From contig JBDRUH010000041.1 in NCBI GenBank assembly GCA_039801225.1, positions 1 to 13,709 on the forward strand: a stretch of 13,709 nt of DNA, read 5' to 3'. A model generated the notes under the pieces. It did not search any database. It was not told the DNA's origin and worked only from the letters and a program-made list of their open reading frames with translations. The DNA comes from a candidate division WOR-3 bacterium. GTDB lineage: Bacteria > Hydrothermota > Tepidihabitantia > Tepidihabitantales > Tepidihabitantaceae. Shown piece after piece: positions 1-6,500 of the stretch (positions are counted from its first letter, which is position 1; each line of letters begins with the position of its first letter). A program made the position numbers and the translations under genes.

Positions 1-2554
1 GATAAAGCGTCCTACCGGTGGCAATCTTTGATAGTTCCTTTGCCAGTTTCACCCTTTGCGCCTCACCGCCAGAAAGGGTTGGTGCCGGCTGACCAAGTTT
101 GATATATCCCAGACCGACATCCTTTAATAGTTTCAACTTCCGCTCAATCGGTGGCACATTGATAAAGAAGTCATAAGCCTCATCAACACTCATCTGTAGA
201 ACATCGCTGATGCTTTTGCCTTTATACTTGACATCAAGGGTTTCGCGGTTGTAACGCCTCCCCTTGCAAACATCGCAGGAAATATAAACATCCGGTAAAA
301 AGTGCATCTCCACCTTAATGATACCATCGCCGGCGCACGCCTCGCATCTGCCACCCCGGACATTGAAAGAGAATCTGCCCGGTTTATAACCCCGCATCCT
401 TGCCTCTCTGGTTTTAGAAAAAAGTTCCCGAATTGGGGTAAAGGCGTTGGTGTAGGTGGCGGGGTTGGAGCGGGGGGTTCGGCCAATCGGCGACTGGTCA
501 ATATTTACCACCTTGTCAATTCTGTCTAATCCGACAATTCCGGTATGGGCACCGGGTTTTTCTAAGGAGTTGTAAAAGTGCCGGGCAAGTGCCCGGTAAA
601 GAATATCGGAGATGAGCGTGCTCTTGCCCGAGCCGGAGACGCCGGTGATACAGACAAAAAGCCCCAGGGGAATTGCCACATCAATATTTTTTAGGTTGTT
701 CTCCCGGCAGCCTTTTATCACCAGATAACCCAAACTCGGCTGTCGGCGTTCTCGGGGAAGTTCAATCCGCTTTTTCTTAGCAAGATAGGCACCGGTCAGC
801 GAATCGGGCGAGGATTTGATATCTTCCGGTGTCCCTTGCGCCACGACCCAGCCACCCTTTGCACCGGCGCCCGGACCTAAATCTATCACCCAGTCCGCCT
901 CAAGAATTGTCTCCTCGTCGTGCTCAACCACAATCACCGTGTTGCCCAAATCCCTTAACCCTTTGAGCGTTGCCAGTAATTTCCGGTTGTCCCGCTGATG
1001 CAGTCCGATTGACGGCTCATCAAGGATGTAAATCACCCCGACTAAACCGGAACCAATCTGGGTTGCTAAACGCACCCTTTGCGCCTCACCGCCACCAAGA
1101 CTCTCGGTTGTCCGGTCCAGAGTCAAATAATCCAGCCCTACCGCTTGCAGAAACCCTAAACGCCGGCGCAACTCCTTGATAACATCCCGGGCAATCACCG
1201 CCTCCTTTTGTTCAAGTTTCAAATCACTAAAGAACCGCCCAGCCTCCTTTACCGAAAATCTGGTAACATCAGCGATGTTCAAACCATTGATACGCACCGA
1301 TAGCGCCTCGGGCTTCAACCTTGTCCCGGCACACTTCGGGCAGGGCAGAACCGACATAAACCGCTCCACCCACTCCCGGCGCGAGTCCGACTCAGTCTCC
1401 TTATGAACCCTTGTCAGGTAAGGTATTAGCCCCTCATACCGGTCTTCCCAGGAGTAACGCCACTCCTCATCCTCATACTGGAACTCTAACTCCTCTTCTG
1501 TCCCATAAAGAATCGCCTTCCTCGCTACTGCCGGTAGTTCCTTCCAGGGTGTTGACAACTTGAAGTGATACTTCCGGCTCAATGTCTCAAGTTTCCCCAA
1601 AAACCATTCGCTTTTCTCCCTTACCTCTCCCCAGGGGGCGATCGCCCCATCTAAGATGGAAAGGTTCGGGTCAACGACCAGCCGATCCGGGTCAACCTCC
1701 ATCTTTGTCCCAAGCCCATGGCACTCGGGGCAGGCACCATAGGGGGAATTGAAAGAGAAGAGTCGGGGCGAAATCTCCTCAAAGGAAAAGCCGCACTCGG
1801 CACAGGCGAAGGCGGTAGAATAAATCCTCTCGCCATTCTCCAGGGAAACTATGCACCTTCCCTGACCCTCCTTCAGCGCCAGTTCCACCGAATCTGCCAG
1901 TCTTTTCCGGACATCCTCCCGCACCGTCAGCCGGTCAATTACCAGTTCAATATTGTGCTTCTTATACTTCTCCAACCCCGGCACCTCATCAATCTCATAC
2001 AGTTCACCATCAACCCGAACCCGGATATAACCCCGGCGCTTCGCCTGATTCAAAAGTTCCCGATACTCACCCTTTCTTCCCCGCACCAATGGTGCCAGAA
2101 TAATTAATGCGGTGCCGGTGGGCTCGGCAAGGAGATTATCAACAATCTGGTCGGTCGTCTGCGAACTTATTGGCTTATTACACTTTGGGCAAAACGGCTT
2201 GCCCACCCGGGCAAAAAGTAGCCGCAGGTAGTCATAAATTTCGGTTGTTGTCCCTACCGTAGAGCGGGGGTTTTTGGCACTGGTTCTCTGCTCAATCGCA
2301 ATCGCCGGTGAAAGACCGGTAATCTTGTCGCAATCTGGCTTCTCCAGCATCCCCAAAAACTGCCGGGCGTAGGTTGATAATGACTCAATATAGCGCCTCT
2401 GCCCCTCAGCGTATATCGTGTCAAACGCCAGAGAGGACTTGCCGGAACCGGAAATGCCGGTAATCACCACCAGTTTATTGCGGGGGATATCTAAATTGAT
2501 ATTTTTCAGATTATGCTCTCTTGCCCCACGAATGGAAATCACATCATCTAACAT
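1..2554 (-). CDS. uvrA: Excinuclease ABC subunit UvrA (3' end outside the window)
   Basis: Manual reverse-strand translation from ATG 2554: [68 protein letters not shown] (Walker A I). CxxC zinc-finger motifs follow, then a second Walker A GVSGSGKS near 620-645, and the window edge reads [40 protein letters not shown]. Both ends are in the same frame (851 codons). It has no stop in the window, so the ORF track misses it. Confidence 0.98.
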   Translation of the reverse strand, partial: MLDDVISIRGAREHNLKNINLDIPRNKLVVITGISGSGKSSLAFDTIYAEGQRRYIESLSTYARQFLGMLEKPDCDKITGLSPAIAIEQRTSAKNPRSTVGTTTEIYDYLRLLFARVGKPFCPKCNKPISSQTTDQIVDNLLAEPTGTALIILAPLVRGRKGEYRELLNQAKRRGYIRVRVDGELYEIDEVPGLEKYKKHNIELVIDRLTVREDVRKRLADSVELALKEGQGRCIVSLENGERIYSTAFACAECGFSFEEISPRLFSFNSPYGACPECHGLGTKMEVDPDRLVVDPNLSILDGAIAPWGEVREKSEWFLGKLETLSRKYHFKLSTPWKELPAVARKAILYGTEEELEFQYEDEEWRYSWEDRYEGLIPYLTRVHKETESDSRREWVERFMSVLPCPKCAGTRLKPEALSVRINGLNIADVTRFSVKEAGRFFSDLKLEQKEAVIARDVIKELRRRLGFLQAVGLDYLTLDRTTESLGGGEAQRVRLATQIGSGLVGVIYILDEPSIGLHQRDNRKLLATLKGLRDLGNTVIVVEHDEETILEADWVIDLGPGAGAKGGWVVAQGTPEDIKSSPDSLTGAYLAKKKRIELPRERRQPSLGYLVIKGCRENNLKNIDVAIPLGLFVCITGVSGSGKSTLISDILYRALARHFYNSLEKPGAHTGIVGLDRIDKVVNIDQSPIGRTPRSNPATYTNAFTPIRELFSKTREARMRGYKPGRFSFNVRGGRCEACAGDGIIKVEMHFLPDVYISCDVCKGRRYNRETLDVKYKGKSISDVLQMSVDEAYDFFINVPPIERKLKLLKDVGLGYIKLGQPAPTLSGGEAQRVKLAKELSKIATGRTLY

Positions 2555-2564
2555 TGGAAATTTA

Positions 2565-2592
2565 AGTATAGAACCACCCGAATTAAGGTCAA
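2565..2592 (-). promoter_or_regulatory. Putative sigma70-type promoter of uvrA
   Basis: Minus strand TTGACC (2592-2587), 16 nt, TATACT (2570-2565); then 10 nt to the ATG with no Shine-Dalgarno sequence. Confidence 0.6.
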
Positions 2593-2981
2593 GGAGACTG
2601 ATTATCTACGCTTGCCCACCTCACCACCCAGTTTCCGGGTCACCTTTTGCACCAATTGAACACAGCCCTTAGTATTCCTTTTAATCTCCTTGGTGCTGAA
2701 CCGCAGAATCCGCCACCCGCCAGCAGTCAAATCATTGTCCCGCTGCCGGTCCGACTCTGCCTTCTCCCTGCCTGAGTGGTAGACTTCACCATTACACTCA
2801 ACATCCAACTCACCACCCCGGCAGAAAACCGCGATATCAAGAAAATAACCCCTCCCTTTTTCTTTAACATAAAACTGCCTCTCCGGTTCAATTCCGGCAC
2901 TCTTCAACGCGTGGTAAAGTTTCTCCTCAATTGGGCTGGTGTAATATAGGTCGTTGATTTCCCTTGCCCGTAGACCGTTTC

Positions 2982-3009
2982 GGGCTGTCGGCCATCAGCC
3001 GTCGGCTGG
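2982..3009. repeat. Degenerate heptamer tandem repeat (4 units)
   Basis: GGGCTGT CGGCCAT CAGCCGT CGGCTGG; it contains the TCA (minus-strand TGA) that interrupts the nuclease gene. Confidence 0.65.
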
Positions 3010-3012
3010 GAT

Positions 3013-3059
3013 GTAGGGCAAACCTTGGCAAGTCGCCCCCGCATCGCGGGTAGGTTTGC
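3013..3059 (+). repeat. GTAG-type REP-like palindrome with a nested 24-bp double hairpin
   Basis: GTAG (3013-3016), G, then arm GCAAACCT (3018-3025) and its perfect complement AGGTTTGC (3052-3059). The loop holds GGC-aagtc-GCC and CCCGC-atc-GCGGG. Confidence 0.7.
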
Positions 3060-3292
3060 GTTCCTTATAATTGACCGCCCATTTCTCCTCACCAAAAACC
3101 TTTGTCTGATAAAAGGCGATAAACTTTATCATCTTTAACCCTTTGGGCGCAGTTTTTACCGGTATCCGATACCAACGCTCTCTTTTTAGAATTTCAAAAT
3201 CCTTCCTTCTGGTGATGACCGCCACTAACGCCGGTGTCTCTTCTCTAACCCTACCCTGCCATTTTAAAAAAGAATCATCCTTCATCAACTCC

Positions 3293-3321
3293 AATTTATC
3301 CACCCAACATAACCCTGTCAA
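3293..3321 (-). promoter_or_regulatory. Putative sigma70-type promoter of the DUF559 gene
   Basis: Minus strand TTGACA (3321-3316), 17 nt, TAAATT (3298-3293), 7 nt, ATG 3285. Confidence 0.55.
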
Positions 3322-3423
3322 TGGTGTATGGCAAATTTTAGATTCTTAACTAATAACTTAGAATTAAAAACCCACAACCAATATGGGCAGGGTGGCATGC
3401 CGTTATTTAATTGTAAAAAGTGC

Positions 3424-3451
3424 TTGACAAAGCAGAAACTTATGGTATGAT
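3424..3451 (+). promoter_or_regulatory. Putative sigma70-type promoter of the C25 peptidase gene
   Basis: TTGACA (3424-3429), 16 nt, TATGAT (3446-3451) with extended -10 TG at 3443-3444 and AT-rich sequence upstream. A second TATAAT lies at 3459-3464. Confidence 0.65.
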
Positions 3452-3547
3452 AGCATTGTATAATTATGACGAGAATGCAAAGGAAAATGTTAATGAAGTG
3501 CCCTAAAATTATATTTCCCCTTTGTCTTTTTCCAATTTTTAATCAAA

Positions 3548-3553
3548 AGGAGG
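3548..3553 (+). promoter_or_regulatory. Shine-Dalgarno site
   Basis: AGGAGG ending 4 nt before ATG 3558. Confidence 0.8.
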
Positions 3554-3557
3554 AAGG

Positions 3558-6500
3558 ATGAACAGGAGAGTTGTCGCAGTAGTTTTGCTGTTGGGAGTTG
3601 CCGGCGCCTCTTTTGCCGCCGAATGGTCTGGGGTATTTCAATTTCGCCCCTCGTCTTTTGAACTTCAAACCATCACCCGTGATGGTCAAAAATTCCAAAC
3701 TATTATCCCGGGGATGGAGGCGACAATTGGTCGGCAAAAGTTATATGTTGATTATCTGCAGGAAATAGGGAAACCGGTTTTACCCTACTGGTTTTTCACT
3801 CTGGTCATCCCGCAGGGGATGAAGGTAAAGAGCGTTAATGTTATCCCTGAGGGTGAAGAGAAAATTCCTGCCCGGGAGAAGCCCTATCCGGCTCAGAAGC
3901 CGGTGCCAATTTCCCAGAACCAATTGCCCGATTTTGTGCCGCCTGACCCGGAGGTATATGCCGGTTTAAAGCCCTGGCCTTATGAGAGGTATCGGCTGAG
4001 CCCGGTGGGAGTCAAGTCCGGTTTCCGGCTGGTAACAGTCTCCCTTTTCCCGGTGCGCTATGACCCGGTTAGCGGTTGCTATCTAATCTCGCGCCGGTTA
4101 AGGGTTGAGGTCAGTTATGAGCCTGACCCGAGCGACGAACAGATTAGCCTTTCCAAAAGGCAGTTGGAACTGTTTTCTAAGGGGGTTCGGGCGCTGGTTA
4201 TAAACCCGGAGGATGTCAACCGGTTTGCCCCAAGAGAGAAGATAACCGACTTTGGCACCTATGACTATGTGGTTATTACCAACTCTACCCTTGAGCCCTA
4301 TTTCCAGCCTTTGGTGAACTGGCGCACCCGCAAGGGGTATTACGGGATAGTTCGCACCACCTCCTGGATTAACAGCAACTACTCAGGAAGGGACCTGCAG
4401 GAGAAGATTCGGAACTTCATCAAGGACTATTATAATAATTATGGGATAATGTGGGTTCTCTTAGGTGGTGACACTGCGGTTGTTCCGACCCGCCGGGCGC
4501 GCTCCTATTGTGCCGGATATACCGGCAACATCCCCTGCGACCTTTATTATGCTGACCTGCAATGGTCCTGGGACGCCAATAACGACAACATATTTGGTGA
4601 ATACGGAATTGATACCACCGACCTTTATTACGATGTTTATATTGGTCGGGCGAGCGTTAATGACACCACCCGGGCAAAGATTTTTGTGAATAAGGTCCTA
4701 AAGCACGAAATCTCGCCACCCACCGACTACTTAAAAAGGATTCTTTTAGTTGATGCACACCTCTGGGATGGCTACGATGAGGACCAGTCCAACGACTCAA
4801 TCGCCAACATTACCCCGAGCGGCTGGTCTGATGTTCACATCCACGACCCGAACAACACCACGATGGTGCGCGACTCTTTAAATAACGGTTTTCAGTTCTC
4901 CCATATGGTTGGACACGGCAATGAGTATGGCATCTACCACAACAGCAACCCTTACTATTCCAATGGGGTTATTCAGGGGCATAACAATGGTGATAAGGTG
5001 GTGTTAATCAACTCCATCGCCTGCTACTCGGGAAATTTTGAAGGCACTTCTGGAGTGCCCAACTGCCTGGCTGAGTCAACCCATAACTGCTCTACCGGTG
5101 GCGCACTGGCGGTAATAATGAACTCCCGGTATGGCTGGGGAACACCACCCTATATCGGTCCCTCCGAACTATTGGACATTAGATTCTACGACTTCTTCTT
5201 CAAACACGATACGATGCCCATCGGCTGGACCCATGCGGAATCAAAAGAGGTTTATCGGAATCAAGCGCACAACAGTGATGGTGCCTGGCGCTGGTGCTAT
5301 TTTGAACTGAACCTGTTTGGCGACCCATTGCAGTTGATGTATGAAGATACCCCATCCAGCCTCAACGCCAGTTTTCCCGACTCAATAAATACCGGCTCTC
5401 AGAACTTCACCGTCACCGTAACCTCAGGCGGCAGTCCGGTTTTTAGGGCGCTCGTCTGCCTCTGGAAAGGTAGTGAGGTTTATGTCCGCAACTACACCAA
5501 CTCTTCAGGTCAGGTGACATTTTCCATCAACCCCACGACCTCAGGCTATATGCAGGTAACCGCGACCAAGCCCAACTACCTGCCTGACATTGACTCCTGC
5601 AAGGTTATTTATACCGTTAAGGCGGATGTGGGCGTCACCAGAATCATCGCGCCCACCGACACTGTTGACTACGGCTCAAGTATCTATCCGGCAGCAAAGG
5701 TGAAAAACTACCATTCACTGCCAGCGAGCAACATCCCGGTGCGTTGCAAAATCGGCAGCGGTTATTTGTGCGACACGATAATCCCTTATCTTGCCGGAGG
5801 AGATTCAATCACCGCGGTATTTAGCCTCTGGAACGCCCAGCCACAAGGGAATTTGGTGGTGAAGTGCTCAACCGCGCTCAGTAACGACTCCAACCCGTCT
5901 AATGACTATGCCGTTGGTTCGGTTTTTGTCCGCTACCGTGATGTTGGTTGTGTTTCAATTATCTCGCCGGTTGGGAATATTGATTCAACCGGCACCGTTC
6001 CGGTCAAGGCAAAGGTGAAGAATTATGGCAATATTTCGGCTAACTTTCAGGTGCGATTTCATATCACCGGTCCGGCATCCTATGCTGACACCGCCACTGT
6101 TACCCTAAATGCCGGCGATTCTGTGGTGGTCAACTTTGACCCGTGGGTTTGTGGTCCACCCGGGTCTTATTCAAGCGCCTGTTCCACGATGCTCAATGGC
6201 GATATGAACGCTGGTAATAACAAAAAGACCGGCTCGTTTAATGTGGTAACCCACGACATAAGCGCCGAGGAAATCTTGAGCCCGCCGGCTCAGTGCGACT
6301 CCGGCTCTTCGGTTCCGGTTCGGGTGGCTGTTGCCAATTACGGTTCGGTTACCGAAAATGTCAAAATCTCGGTCCGGATTCCCTCCTTCTACTACGACTC
6401 GGTTACCGTTCCAATCCCGGCCCACACCGTTGACACCATTTCTCTTGCCTCCTGGCAGGTGAATGCGCCTGCCGGCTCCTATCCGGTGCGCTGTTCAACC

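Larger units (their letters stand above)
2602..3285 (-). pseudogene. DUF559 / Vsr-like PD-(D/E)xK endonuclease-domain protein interrupted by an in-frame TGA
   Basis: ORF-track pieces 2995..3321 and 2602..2907 are in one frame, separated only by TGA at 2997-2995: MKDD...LVAVITRRKDFEILKRERWYRIPVK...IAFYQTKVFGEEKWAVNY-[repeat-derived]-PADG*WPTARNGLRAREINDLYYTSPIEEKLYHALKSAGIEPERQFYV...FLDIAVF...DVECNGEVYH...DRQRDNDLTAGGWRILRF. The SPxE, ERQ, D, ExxG..H, DxxRD and GWxxLRF motifs are typical of DUF559. ATG 3285 is preferred because the TTG at 3321 is part of a -35 box. Confidence 0.8.

Noticed and set aside
2555..2601. LexA/SOS box upstream of uvrA
   Set aside because: Only a GAAC half-site at 2571; neither GAAC-N4-GTTC nor CTGT-N8-ACAG is present. 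A lineage-specific box cannot be excluded.
190..2672. Short ORF-track entries (190..501, 302..529, 816..998, 970..1179, 1176..1406, 1651..1836, 1718..2107, 2418..2672)
   Set aside because: All overlap uvrA as antisense or off-frame shadows and show no recognisable motifs.
2995..2997. Genome-wide TGA reassignment (genetic code 4 or 25)
   Set aside because: The 1722-, 666- and 692-aa ORFs have no internal TGA, and TGA ends the protease right after a typical CTD terminus.
2904..3349. ORFs 2904..3095 (-) and 3143..3349 (+), and treating 2602..2907 and 2995..3321 as two genes
   Set aside because: The first two are shadows. The latter two are in-frame halves of one interrupted gene, and protein-like sequence (AREINDL..SPIEEKL) extends upstream of the TTG at 2907.
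3558..5350. Calling the protease PorU, RgpA or Kgp
   Set aside because: The gingipain-type propeptide with Ig stalk and Kelch tail does not match those architectures, so no gene symbol is justified.
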